Shown here: piece by piece, positions 28,306 through 38,037 of the stretch
How the letters are laid out: each line of letters opens with the position of its first letter
Position numbering within the stretch: the first letter of the stretch is position 1
The notes under the pieces: model-generated
Database searches by the model: none
What the model was told of the DNA's origin: nothing
Seen by the model: the letters and a program-made list of their open reading frames with translations, nothing else
Translations under genes and position numbers: made by a program
Source: Candidatus Bathyarchaeia archaeon
Lineage (GTDB): Archaea > Thermoproteota > Bathyarchaeia > Bathyarchaeales > Bathycorpusculaceae
Assembly: GCA_049970895.1 (NCBI GenBank)
Contig: JBMFMB010000001.1
Location: 1-64,000, forward strand
Reading direction: 5' to 3'
Length of the DNA stretch: 64,000 bases

Positions 28306-31116
28306 TTAGCCGCCAATCTGCTTTCTTAAAACCTCCTCAACCTTTTCAAGGGCCTCTTTAAGCTTTTCTGGGCGTGTACCTCCACCCTGGGCAAAGTTTG
28401 GTCTTCCACCGCCCCCACCGCCTATTATTGCCGAGGCTTCTCGGACTATTTCAGCCGCGTCCACACCCTTCTCGACAGCCTTCCTCCCAGCCATAACCAT
28501 TAACCGTGCAGTCTTACCATCAGAACCATAAAACAAAGCGACAGCCGCATCATCCTTCATTATTATTTCGTTGGCTGTCTGAACCATCACATCAACGTTC
28601 AACTCGTCCTTAAAATCGCGGATCACAAGCCTAACGCCGCCAATTTCGCGAACCGCCTCAACACCTTTTTCGGCTCCAACACCCACAACAGCCTGTTTAG
28701 CCAGTTTCTCGACGAGCTTTTTTCTCTCCGCCTTCACCTCCTTCAGTTCCTTAACAAGCCTTTCAGCGGTTTTGTCCAGCTTTTCTAATGGGGCATTTAG
28801 GATTTCTGAAACCCGCCAAAGAAGCTCCTCACTCTTCTGCACAGCCCTTAAGGCTTGGATTCCGACGGCATAAACAAGCCTCTCAACACCATCTTGGATT
28901 CTCTCTGAACGGATGATTTTTATAAAGCCTATTTCGCCAGTGTTCCGAACATGGGTTCCAGCGCATGCCTCAACATCCCAGTCTCCAACCTTCACAACAC
29001 GAATTTCCTTGCCCGGAACAGCCCCGCCCTGGTAAAGCCTAAAACCGTATTGGCTCTCGGCTTCTGACCTTGGAAGCCACATGGTCTCAACGGGTATGCC
29101 CCTAAAAACAGCCTCGTTGGCTAAAGCCTCTATTTTCTGCACTTCATCCCTTGATAACCTACGATAATGAGTGATGTCAAGTCTTGAACTTTCAACACCC
29201 TTTTGTGTTCCGAACTGCCAAACATGCTGCCCCAAAACGCGTCTTGCCGCACCATTAACGATGTGGGTGGCTGTGTGCGCCTTCATGAGGGCATACCGCC
29301 TATCCCAGTTGATGACACCTTTAACAGTGGCACCTTCTCTGGGAGCCTTCTTGCCGTCAATCTTGTGGATGATAACTTTGCCAACCTTCTGTACGTCTAA
29401 AACTTCAGTCTTGCCATCGTCAAAAATCAGCCAACCAATATCTGATGGTTGCCCACCACCCTCCGGGTAGAAGCATGTCTTGTCAAGAACGACGTATTCG
29501 CCGCCGACAACCCTTAAAACCTTAGCCTCAAACTCCCGCATATACTGGTCCTCATAGTAGAGCGCTTCTGTTTCTGGAAGACCAGCCACTTTATCCCTAA
29601 GCCACTTTTCAGCTTTAGCCTCCTCTTCGGTCGGCTTCTGGATTTGCATGTGCCTCTCAGCAACCAAAGCATAGAAGTTCTCCGGGACAGGTGCCTCCAA
29701 ACCCTCGCTTTCAGCCACCTCTTTAACAATTTCTGGCGGGACACCATGCGAGTCATAAAGCTCAATCATAGTTTCAACTGGAACATACGCCACGCCCTTA
29801 GCCTTAAACTCGCCGGCAAGCCTCCTTATTAAGCGCTCGCCCCTAGTGATGGTCTCCTTATACTTCTCCTCCTCAACCGCCAAAATCTCCATTATTTCGT
29901 CGCGCATCTCCATGAGATGCGGATAATCCATAGACCAATAATTGATCTGCAAATCAAAAATGTCATAAAGCCTATCCGGGATGCCCATCATCCTTAGTAG
30001 GCGGTAGATTCTGCGAAACAGAAGCCTAGCCAAATAGCCCTCCTGAACATTGGATGGCACAACACCCTCAGAGAGGATGAAGGTTAGGCATTTTGTGTGG
30101 TCTGTAACCGCAAAGGCGTTCTCAACTGGAAGCAAAACCTCATCCAGCTTTTTGGCGTCAACGCCAACGGCTTCGGCTATTTTACGCCTAGCCTCAACCC
30201 TACCAACATTCTTGTCTAGGCTCATTAGGGCTGAAAACTTTGCAACCCCCGCCAACAAATCATAATCAACGTTTACCCCAGCCATTTTGAAGACTTTATC
30301 GAGCAACTCGCCATATATGGCGTGGAAGGCGCTCACCGAGCCCTGCGAAAGCCAAGCGTACCTGTCCAACCCGTAACCAGTGTCAACTGTGCGTATGGGC
30401 AACCTAACAAACTGGTTGCCAACAACCTTAAACTGCATAAAAACTAGTGTGGCAACCTCCAAACCACGAACAATGCATTCTAGGCATGGACCGGCATTTC
30501 CGCCTCCAGACCAAACCTCCTCTTTGTAGGTTACCTCCTCTGGTTTTACGCCCAAATCCCGTATGAACTCGTCATGATAGCGGACCGTCTGGTCCTTCCA
30601 GTAAACCTCCCTGTCGGGATAGTTGAAGGCGTGATGCCCACCCATCTCAAAAATTGTCACGTACTTGCCGAAGGTTGGACCGGTGTTGGTTATGTCCACA
30701 AGGCGGATGCAAGGCTGGGCAACAACAAGCGGATTTGCCGGTGGTGGAGCAATCCCCTCTGTGACGTAGGGTTGGAAGTCAATTATGCTTGCATGCGTCA
30801 AGTATATGTCGTCCCGCCACCTAGCCACAACAGGGTAGGGCTTTATCCTCGTGTGCCCCCGCTTTTCGAAAAAGGATAGGAAAAATTCCCGCATCTCGCG
30901 TAGGTTGTAGCTCCGCTTTGTCGGCGGGTTCCCAATAAAAGTGTAGTGGGCGCATCCTTCTGGTCTGGCTTCCCCGCATGTTTCTTGTTCAGAGTTTAAG
31001 GTCCAATAGTATGTGCCGCATTTTGGGCAGAGTTTCCTAACATAGCCCTTTTCCTTGAAGAATGGGAGGGCGTACTCCTCGGCTGGAAATCTTTCCAACA
31101 TAGACGCCTCAGACAA
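28306..31116 (-). CDS. alaS: Alanine--tRNA ligase
   Basis: QPCIR, VDTGYGLDR, FYPEGGGQPSD, HTATH editing motif, ACAGTH, GGGGGRPNFAQGGG. Confidence 0.97.
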   Translation of the reverse strand: MSEASMLERFPAEEYALPFFKEKGYVRKLCPKCGTYYWTLNSEQETCGEARPEGCAHYTFIGNPPTKRSYNLREMREFFLSFFEKRGHTRIKPYPVVARWRDDIYLTHASIIDFQPYVTEGIAPPPANPLVVAQPCIRLVDITNTGPTFGKYVTIFEMGGHHAFNYPDREVYWKDQTVRYHDEFIRDLGVKPEEVTYKEEVWSGGGNAGPCLECIVRGLEVATLVFMQFKVVGNQFVRLPIRTVDTGYGLDRYAWLSQGSVSAFHAIYGELLDKVFKMAGVNVDYDLLAGVAKFSALMSLDKNVGRVEARRKIAEAVGVDAKKLDEVLLPVENAFAVTDHTKCLTFILSEGVVPSNVQEGYLARLLFRRIYRLLRMMGIPDRLYDIFDLQINYWSMDYPHLMEMRDEIMEILAVEEEKYKETITRGERLIRRLAGEFKAKGVAYVPVETMIELYDSHGVPPEIVKEVAESEGLEAPVPENFYALVAERHMQIQKPTEEEAKAEKWLRDKVAGLPETEALYYEDQYMREFEAKVLRVVGGEYVVLDKTCFYPEGGGQPSDIGWLIFDDGKTEVLDVQKVGKVIIHKIDGKKAPREGATVKGVINWDRRYALMKAHTATHIVNGAARRVLGQHVWQFGTQKGVESSRLDITHYRRLSRDEVQKIEALANEAVFRGIPVETMWLPRSEAESQYGFRLYQGGAVPGKEIRVVKVGDWDVEACAGTHVRNTGEIGFIKIIRSERIQDGVERLVYAVGIQALRAVQKSEELLWRVSEILNAPLEKLDKTAERLVKELKEVKAERKKLVEKLAKQAVVGVGAEKGVEAVREIGGVRLVIRDFKDELNVDVMVQTANEIIMKDDAAVALFYGSDGKTARLMVMAGRKAVEKGVDAAEIVREASAIIGGGGGGRPNFAQGGGTRPEKLKEALEKVEEVLRKQIGG

Positions 31117-31171
31117 CCCTTTTAGGCGGTTTCCATTGGATTAACTTGAATCTCCCATTTAAACTATTTTG

Positions 31172-31486
31172 CTATCCGAGTTTTAAGCCCAGAAGGAAGC
31201 CAGCTATGAAGCTTCCAGTGAAGGGCAGCAAAGCCACCACATGGGTTAGCCATGATATGGCGAAGCCAGCCCACCCTAAAAAGTCGCTTATAGCCTTAAA
31301 CAATGCGTCATAGTTTATGCTTACGTTTATGATTCTCTTCATGCCCAAATAAAGGAGAACAACAATAAACAAGCCTATTAAGAGCAGTATGAGCTTGCTC
31401 AACTTTTTAAGGGTGAAGCCCAAAATGAAGCCACCTATCCCGCCGACGCCGAGCTGAAAAATTATTGATGGGAAAATCTCGCTCAT
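31172..31486 (-). CDS. FUN14-domain membrane protein
   Basis: QLGVGGIGGFILGFTLKKLSK...F.AGFLLG. Confidence 0.85.
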   Translation of the reverse strand: MSEIFPSIIFQLGVGGIGGFILGFTLKKLSKLILLLIGLFIVVLLYLGMKRIINVSINYDALFKAISDFLGWAGFAISWLTHVVALLPFTGSFIAGFLLGLKLG

Positions 31487-31570
31487 TTAGTGGGCTTCTC
31501 CAGGTTTTCTGCTAACTGTTAAATTTATCGCTTTACTTTATAAAAACCTTCTACATTATCTTAGCGTTAA

Positions 31571-31831
31571 GTGGAGGTGGATGGGCTGGAACTACTTGAA
31601 ATATACATGTTAAATTTGGCTTTAACCTTGGGCATGTTTGTCGTTTTGATTTTTAGGGCTTGGATTGAGCTTAAAAACTATAAGCTAATGTGGAAGGAGC
31701 TGGAGTGGAGGCAAACTTATCAGGCTGTGGGGCGCATACTTAAGGCTGAGAAGGAAATATTCTCAAGAGTTGAAGGCGGAGAAGAGCTCTATAGGCTGTT
31801 GTGCGAAATTTTCAAGGTTAAAGAAGACTAG
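31571..31831 (+). CDS. Hypothetical single-TM protein
   Basis: ORF with one hydrophobic helix; TATA-like tttataaa upstream; divergent from the FUN14 gene. Confidence 0.65.
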   Translation: MEVDGLELLEIYMLNLALTLGMFVVLIFRAWIELKNYKLMWKELEWRQTYQAVGRILKAEKEIFSRVEGGEELYRLLCEIFKVKED

Positions 31832-31848
31832 AAAACAACAGATGCCTT

Positions 31849-33189
31849 TCAAGGATAATGCCAACCGTCAATCAACTCTCCAACGGATGCATGGCGCTTT
31901 TCCATTCCGTAGCGGATGGAAGGCTTTGTTAGATGCCTCTGGGAACGGGGTGAAGTGATATATAATCCTCTCTGGACTTCACGCTTAACTTTAACCGCAA
32001 CCTTCTCCAGACCAGTGTAGCGTCTTCCACATTTTTCACACTTGAAGCCTTTACCCTTCCCCATAGATTTCAAACGTTTACCACAATGCGGGCAAAGCGG
32101 GTTCCGGTAAACAATTTTCGGTGCAAGCCTCAACACTCGCAGTTTTTCAAGGTTAATTGTTAATGGACGGTTTTTGGATGGTGGCCGGACGCCGCCATAA
32201 ACCTCCACAAAGTCGCCAACCATAAGTTTACTCGCCACTTTTCTTAAAGCGCCGGTAGGCTCATATGCAGCACAGTCAATGCAAGCAGTTTCGTCTTTAA
32301 TTTGGAAAATAACATGCCTCCTTGGAATTATCCGCGGGGCTGTGGCAACAGCCCCTCTCGCTATGACTGGGTGGTATGGTTTTACCTCGCTTAATGTTTT
32401 GACCCGTTTTAAGTGAGAGTCAGTTCCATGATTTGTGCGGAATATCACCCAACGCTCCACAGGCTCGAGGGGTTTAACCATTTCGAAAGCCTTCTTGACA
32501 ATTTCTGGGGTTTCGCCCCTTATACCGAAGAGTATGGGGTCTGGTCCTCTGGGTGTTATTAGAATTCTGCCAGTTTCCGGGTCGATATTGTTGAATGTGT
32601 AGGGGGTTGTCGCCTTATCCATTTCAAAAACAGAAGCCACATCTATCTTCCTTTTCAAGCCATAATTTTCCGGAACGCGATATGCAATAACTTCGAAGGT
32701 GTGGTCTCCAGAGAGGTTTTCGCCTACAGCGGCTAAACCGCCAATTATTCCGCGTCCACTTTTGAAGCCTAATGCTTCAGCTCTAAAACGCTTTAGGATT
32801 TTTAGGGCTGTTTTCATGTTCACAATGCCTGTTATGGCGTTTTTCGCAAAGGCTTTAACCTCCCCTGGAATTTTCGCCTTCTGGAAGAAGACTATTCCGG
32901 GCTCTGTGCCTTTGTATTTTAGGTCGGAGTTTTCCTCAACTGTTTCTATGACTGTTTCCTTAACCATGTTAATGAGGCTTTCTTCGCATTTTATTCTTAG
33001 GCAGAGGGCTCCATTGCCCCTTGTTTTCCATGGAACGTTTGGGTTTAGCCTAACAAGGTTCGGATAGTCTAAGAATTTTACGCCTAATTTTTGCAGTTTC
33101 TCCACTAAGAGTGCTGCAATGTAGGTGGTGCATCCTTTCCTCGGAGAGTCTGTGTCGTCGAAGCCTATATGCATATGCTGGAGAGTCAT
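31849..33189 (-). CDS. tiaS: tRNA(Ile2) 2-agmatinylcytidine synthetase
   Basis: IGFDDTDS..GCTTY, LVRLNPNVPWKTRGNGA, P.GPDPILFGIRG, TNHGTD, C-terminal Zn ribbon. Confidence 0.96.
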   Translation of the reverse strand: MTLQHMHIGFDDTDSPRKGCTTYIAALLVEKLQKLGVKFLDYPNLVRLNPNVPWKTRGNGALCLRIKCEESLINMVKETVIETVEENSDLKYKGTEPGIVFFQKAKIPGEVKAFAKNAITGIVNMKTALKILKRFRAEALGFKSGRGIIGGLAAVGENLSGDHTFEVIAYRVPENYGLKRKIDVASVFEMDKATTPYTFNNIDPETGRILITPRGPDPILFGIRGETPEIVKKAFEMVKPLEPVERWVIFRTNHGTDSHLKRVKTLSEVKPYHPVIARGAVATAPRIIPRRHVIFQIKDETACIDCAAYEPTGALRKVASKLMVGDFVEVYGGVRPPSKNRPLTINLEKLRVLRLAPKIVYRNPLCPHCGKRLKSMGKGKGFKCEKCGRRYTGLEKVAVKVKREVQRGLYITSPRSQRHLTKPSIRYGMEKRHASVGELIDGWHYP

Positions 33190-33271
33190 TCACCCGCCTA
33201 CAAGCATTACCTCTATGAAGGCTTAAAAATGGTGTGCTTGAGCTTTGAAAATAAAAGGAAGGAGAGTTAGG

Positions 33272-33514
33272 CTATTTTGCTGATTCTTCAACTATTATCA
33301 TTGTCAGGGTTGACCTAACCTTGTCCAATCTTCGGATGCGCCAAGTGACAATCTCTTTAAGCTTGTCCATGGTCTCCGCACTGACTTTTGCAATTATGTC
33401 GTAGACGCCGTAGACAGAATGCGCCTCTTCGACGCCTTCAATTTTTCTAAGGTCTTTTAGGACGTCTGCCTCTGAGCCTATTTCCGTGTTGATTAGGACA
33501 AATGCTTTTGGCAT
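33272..33514 (-). CDS. Stand-alone Lrp/AsnC ligand-binding (RAM) domain protein
   Basis: AFVLINTEIG, VYGVYDIIAKV, IRRLDKVRSTLTMI. Confidence 0.9.
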   Translation of the reverse strand: MPKAFVLINTEIGSEADVLKDLRKIEGVEEAHSVYGVYDIIAKVSAETMDKLKEIVTWRIRRLDKVRSTLTMIIVEESAK

Positions 33515-33578
33515 TTAAACCTCCTCGTAATATTGTCTATCCCCCAATCCATTAAAATATTTTGTTGTTAGAAATGGG

Positions 33579-33812
33579 GGACGTGGCAACTTAAGTGGAC
33601 AAAAATGGTAATAATTCCTCTTTTTAATTAAGGTGAGGTTTTTAGCCTTCTTTAGCATTACTCAGAGGAAATACCGGGTTGAGAGGTTTCTGCATCAGAG
33701 CTGTTTTGCTCAAAATTACCTTTAAATTTATTAAAAGCAGATAAAATAAACAGAAAAGATCAGATGCCGTAAAACGAATAAACATCATTTTTCAGCTTAA
33801 GTTGCCACGTCC
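33579..33812. mobile_element. MITE (234 bp, non-autonomous)
   Basis: Perfect 17-bp TIR GGACGTGGCAACTTAAG (33579-33595) / CTTAAGTTGCCACGTCC (33796-33812); 9-bp direct repeat AGAAATGGG at 33570-33578 and 33813-33821; AT-rich interior with no ORF in the track. Confidence 0.9.
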
Positions 33813-33889
33813 AGAAATGGGCAGTTTAGCGGACTGTTTTGAAAATGTTATTATCCCTAATATGTGATATTAGCTGTTAGGTTCAAGGT

Positions 33890-35443
33890 ATGAGTGCTGA
33901 AAGTGTTGGGGGCGAAGGCATTACCAGCCGTGAAATGCGGGCCATAGAGTTGAACGCCGAATATTTTGGGATTTCACTGCTTCAGCTCATGGAAAATGCT
34001 GGGAGAAACGTAGCCCAGGAAATAGCCAGAAGATTCACACCAGAAAAGAAAGTGGCAATTTTCTGTGGTTTAGGCGGCAACGGTGGAGACGGCTTTGTTG
34101 CTGCAAGGCACTTGTCCGCCCTAGGCTTTAAAGTAACCGTTATCTTAGCTGGAAAAGCGAAGGAAATCTCCCATAAAGCGGCTTTGGAGAACTGGAAGGC
34201 TCTGCAATTCCTGAGGGAAAGCGTCACCATCCACGAGGTTTACGACAGCGCCCAGATGCCAAACATAGAGGCAGACGTGATTGTGGACGCACTGCTCGGA
34301 ACAGGCACAAAGGGGAGATTGAAACCGCCAATACAGCAGCTTGTTGAGAAAATTAACTTGTTAAACGCCTTCAAAGTGGCTGTTGACGTGCCAACGGGCA
34401 TAGACTCGGACACTGGAGAAGTTTTAGGAACAGCCGTAAAGGCAAATTTGACGATAACCTTTTACAAGGTTAAGGCGGGCTTGGAGAAAGCCAAAGACTA
34501 TGTTGGCGAACTGCTGGTTAAGGATATAGGCTTGCCAAAAGAGCTGGAAAACTATGCTGGACCCGGAGACGTCAGCCTCGTCCTTAAAACGCGTGCTCCA
34601 GAGTCTCATAAGGGAGATTTTGGCAAACTGCTTGTGGTTGGTGGAAGCGAAACCTTCTCAGGCGCCCCAGCCCTTGTGGCGCTTGCAGCCCTAAGAACTG
34701 GAGTTGATTTAGCTTATGTTGCAGCGCCAAGCAAAACAGCCCACGACATCGCCTCCATGATGCCAGACCTTATAACGGTAAAGCTTGACGGAGACCACTT
34801 GAATTTGGGAAACATCCCAGCCCTAAAAACTCTTGTGGAGAAAGCTGATGCTATTGTTATCGGACCCGGATTGGGGCTCCACACTGAAACAAAGGACGCT
34901 GTCAAAGCCTTACTGGAGGTTGTTGAAGGCGATGGCAAACCACTTTTGTTGGATGCCGACGGCTTGAAGGCTTTCGCGGAATTCAAAAGAAGGCTTAAGG
35001 TGCCAGCAGTGCTCACACCCCATGCTGGAGAATACGCCATACTCGCTGGAAAGGGGCTGCCCAAAAACCTAAAGGAGAAAACCCTAGAAGTGCAGAAGAC
35101 AGCCGCAGAGCTGGACGCAGTTCTGCTTCTTAAAGGCGCAATAGACATAATCGCAGACGAAAAACGCTTCAAACTCAATTTTACTGGTAACCCAGGCATG
35201 ACTGTTGGCGGAACTGGAGACGTGCTTTCAGGAATTGTGGGCGCTTTCTTGGCGCAAGGCGCAGACCCCTTCGAGGCGGCTGTTGCCGGAGCCTTTGTTA
35301 ATGGTGCAGCCGGAGACTTTGTTTTTGAGGAGAAGGGCTACCACATGGTGGCTTCAGACCTCCTAAAATGGATTCCGAAGGTTTTGGACAACCCAATGAG
35401 CCACTTGAAGGTGCAAAAGCCTAGTGCGGCAAAAACCAATTAG
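33890..35443 (+). CDS. nnr: Bifunctional NAD(P)H-hydrate epimerase/dehydratase
   Basis: LMENAG, GNGGDG, DALLGTG, AVDVPTG; SHKGDFG, GPGLG, LDADGL, TPHAGE, GGTGDVLSG. Confidence 0.95.
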   Translation: MSAESVGGEGITSREMRAIELNAEYFGISLLQLMENAGRNVAQEIARRFTPEKKVAIFCGLGGNGGDGFVAARHLSALGFKVTVILAGKAKEISHKAALENWKALQFLRESVTIHEVYDSAQMPNIEADVIVDALLGTGTKGRLKPPIQQLVEKINLLNAFKVAVDVPTGIDSDTGEVLGTAVKANLTITFYKVKAGLEKAKDYVGELLVKDIGLPKELENYAGPGDVSLVLKTRAPESHKGDFGKLLVVGGSETFSGAPALVALAALRTGVDLAYVAAPSKTAHDIASMMPDLITVKLDGDHLNLGNIPALKTLVEKADAIVIGPGLGLHTETKDAVKALLEVVEGDGKPLLLDADGLKAFAEFKRRLKVPAVLTPHAGEYAILAGKGLPKNLKEKTLEVQKTAAELDAVLLLKGAIDIIADEKRFKLNFTGNPGMTVGGTGDVLSGIVGAFLAQGADPFEAAVAGAFVNGAAGDFVFEEKGYHMVASDLLKWIPKVLDNPMSHLKVQKPSAAKTN

Positions 35444-35957
35444 AATAGTTGTCTACCATGCCGGGCAATGCGACCCCAAAAAATGCACAGCCCTAAAACT
35501 TAAACGCCACGGGCTAATACAGCTTGTGCGCCAAATAAAACACCTGCCAAAAAGAGCAGTCGTCCTAAACCCATACTCGAAAAGGGCTTTCTCACCAGCA
35601 GACAAAGAGCGCATAGCAAATTTTGGCTTGGCAGCCCTAGACTTCAGCTGGGAACACGCAGAAAAACCCCTACTAAAAAATGTAAGGGGCACGTCACGGT
35701 GCCTACCATACCTAATCGCCGGAAACCCAGTTAATTTTGGCTACCCCACAAAGCTTAGCACAGCTGAAGCCCTAGCAGCAGCCCTATACATAGCAGGATA
35801 CCGCCAAGAAGCCCTTAGGCTTCTGTCCATATTCAAGTGGGGACACACCTTCCTAGAACTGAACAAAGAGATGCTCGAAAGCTATGCGAAAGCAAAAAAC
35901 AGCAGCGAAATAGTGGAAATGCAAAAACAATGGATAAAACAGCCTAAAGCGCTTTAG
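35424..35957 (+). CDS. tsr3: 16S rRNA aminocarboxypropyltransferase Tsr3 (DUF367)
   Basis: QCDPKKCTALKL, LPYLIAGNPVNFG, LSTAEALAAAL, FKWGHTFLELN. Confidence 0.94.
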   Translation: MRQKPIRIVVYHAGQCDPKKCTALKLKRHGLIQLVRQIKHLPKRAVVLNPYSKRAFSPADKERIANFGLAALDFSWEHAEKPLLKNVRGTSRCLPYLIAGNPVNFGYPTKLSTAEALAAALYIAGYRQEALRLLSIFKWGHTFLELNKEMLESYAKAKNSSEIVEMQKQWIKQPKAL

Positions 35958-37060
35958 ACTTTTTCCATGGTCATAGTTTCAGGATTTTCCAAAAACTCCT
36001 TGATGGTGGCTAGGAATTTTGCCGCCGGTGCGCCGTCAACAACCCTATGGTCGAAAACTAGGGTTAGATAGCCAACCTTCCACGGTTCCACACGCCCATC
36101 CTCTTTTATGTGTGGTTCAGTTTCTATGCTTCCAACAGCCAGTATCGCCGGGTCTGGCGGATTAATTATTGGCGTAAAATATTGTATTCCCAGTGCTCCA
36201 AGATTCGTCACAGTAAAGCTGTGGTTTGACTGTTCTTCAAGGGTTATTTCGCCCCTTAAACCCCTCTCCTGAAAAGTGTTAATCTGCATTGTTATCTCTT
36301 GGATGGATAGCTTATCCGCACCTTTTATGACTGGTGCCATTAAGCCCTTAGGCGTGTCCACAGCCACAGCAATATTGACCTCATCATGATAAACGAGTTC
36401 TCCGCCCTCCAGTGTCACGTTTAGGTTCTTGTGCTTTTGGAGGGCTAGGGCAACAGCCTTAACAGCATAAGCCGTAAAAGAACCGCCAGTCTTCTCCCTA
36501 TGCTTGACAAGCTTTTCTGCGGCAAATTTTGTTGTTAGGGCGACCGGCAAAGCCTCATGGAAACCAGCACTAAGCCTCTGTGTAATGGCTTTTCTTATGC
36601 CAGCGAAGGGCACTCTGCGCTTAACAGCCTCAACCTCGGTCTTCACCTCAATTTCTGGAATGGTGATGCTCCGTTCTCGGGCTGCCAGCATAACATCCTC
36701 TTTCGTTATTCGCCCATCCGGACCAGTGCCCCTAATCTCGTGTAGGGGTATGCCAAGCTGGGCTGCCAGCTTCCTGGCTAGTGGGGAAGCCTTCACCTCA
36801 ACAGCCACTTTTGGCGCTTTCTCCTCTTCGCTTTCGATTTGGCATATAGGCTGCCCAACTTTAACAACTTCGCCAGCCTTGCACAATATTTTTGCCATTC
36901 GCCCACTGTAGGGTGAGCGCACCTCAAAAGTGGTTTTCTCACCCTCAGCTATTGCTATAACCTCATCCACTTGAACCATGTCGCCTTCCCGTTTTAGCCA
37001 TTCGGCGATTATGCCCTCAGTCATTACTGGGTCTACTCTTGGAAAAACAACGAAGGGCAT
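35954..37060 (-). CDS. Dihydrolipoamide acyltransferase (E2)
   Basis: Lipoyl domain (EGEKTT), E3-binding ASPLARKLA...GTGPDGRI, catalytic FDHRVVDG. Confidence 0.93.
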   Translation of the reverse strand: MPFVVFPRVDPVMTEGIIAEWLKREGDMVQVDEVIAIAEGEKTTFEVRSPYSGRMAKILCKAGEVVKVGQPICQIESEEEKAPKVAVEVKASPLARKLAAQLGIPLHEIRGTGPDGRITKEDVMLAARERSITIPEIEVKTEVEAVKRRVPFAGIRKAITQRLSAGFHEALPVALTTKFAAEKLVKHREKTGGSFTAYAVKAVALALQKHKNLNVTLEGGELVYHDEVNIAVAVDTPKGLMAPVIKGADKLSIQEITMQINTFQERGLRGEITLEEQSNHSFTVTNLGALGIQYFTPIINPPDPAILAVGSIETEPHIKEDGRVEPWKVGYLTLVFDHRVVDGAPAAKFLATIKEFLENPETMTMEKV

Positions 37061-38037
37061 TAGCTCACCATCCTCCTAGCCGCCTCGCATATCTTGTCGG
37101 CATTAACCAAATACTGGTTTTCTAGTGGTTGGGCAAAGGGTACCGGAAGGTCTGGCGAATTAACCCGGACTGGCGGTGTGTCTAAATAGTCGAAGGCTTC
37201 CTCCACAACGCGGCTTATTATTTCGGCTGAAATCCCACCAGTCTTTGTGCTGTCATCTGCAACCAGAAGCCTATTCGTCTTCTTAACTGAATTCACCAAT
37301 GTTTTCACATCCATGGGATTGAGTGTCATTAAATCCACAACCTCAGCGTCTATGCCTTCGGCTGTAAGCCTATCCGCAGCGGCTAAAGCCTCCCTAACAG
37401 TTCTGGAGAAAGCCACAATCGTCAAATCTGAACCCTCCCTCTTTACATCAGCCCGCCCAATCGGAACAAGGTATTCGCCTTCCGGCACTGGACCCTTCCA
37501 ACTGTAAAGCACGCCAGACTCCACAAACAGCACTGGGTCGTCGCCCCTTATGGCGGATTTCAACAAGCCCTTAGCGTCTTTCGGAGTTCCGGGAAGCACC
37601 ACTTTCAATCCTGGAACGTTTAGGAACCATGAAGCCAAGAACTGGCTGTGCTGACAACCATGAACTCTCCCAAGACTGTACTGGGTTCTAACAACCATTG
37701 GTAGGCTGACCTGCCCACCGCTCATAAACCTTATTTTTGCCGCGTGGGTAACCAGCTGGTCCATGGCTATGGTTATGAAATCCATATACATTATTTCCGC
37801 AACTGGTCTTAACCCCGCGAGGGCGGCCCCTATGGCTGCGCCGACTATGGCGGCTTCCGATATGGGCGTGTCCCTAACCCTTTTCGGTCCAAATTTTTCA
37901 AGCAACCCCTTTGTGACTTTGTAGACTCCGCCGAAGACGCCTACATCTTCGCCAAAGACAATTATGCGGTCGTCCCGTTCCATTTCCTCTCGCAGTGCCT
38001 CGTTTAGGGCTTCGGCGTAGCTTATCTCCCTAACCAT
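37060..38037 (-). CDS. 2-oxoacid/acetoin dehydrogenase E1 beta
   Basis: GEDVG, DTPISEAAIVG, RPVAEIMYMDF, QHSQ. Confidence 0.94.
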   Translation of the reverse strand: MVREISYAEALNEALREEMERDDRIIVFGEDVGVFGGVYKVTKGLLEKFGPKRVRDTPISEAAIVGAAIGAALAGLRPVAEIMYMDFITIAMDQLVTHAAKIRFMSGGQVSLPMVVRTQYSLGRVHGCQHSQFLASWFLNVPGLKVVLPGTPKDAKGLLKSAIRGDDPVLFVESGVLYSWKGPVPEGEYLVPIGRADVKREGSDLTIVAFSRTVREALAAADRLTAEGIDAEVVDLMTLNPMDVKTLVNSVKKTNRLLVADDSTKTGGISAEIISRVVEEAFDYLDTPPVRVNSPDLPVPFAQPLENQYLVNADKICEAARRMVS

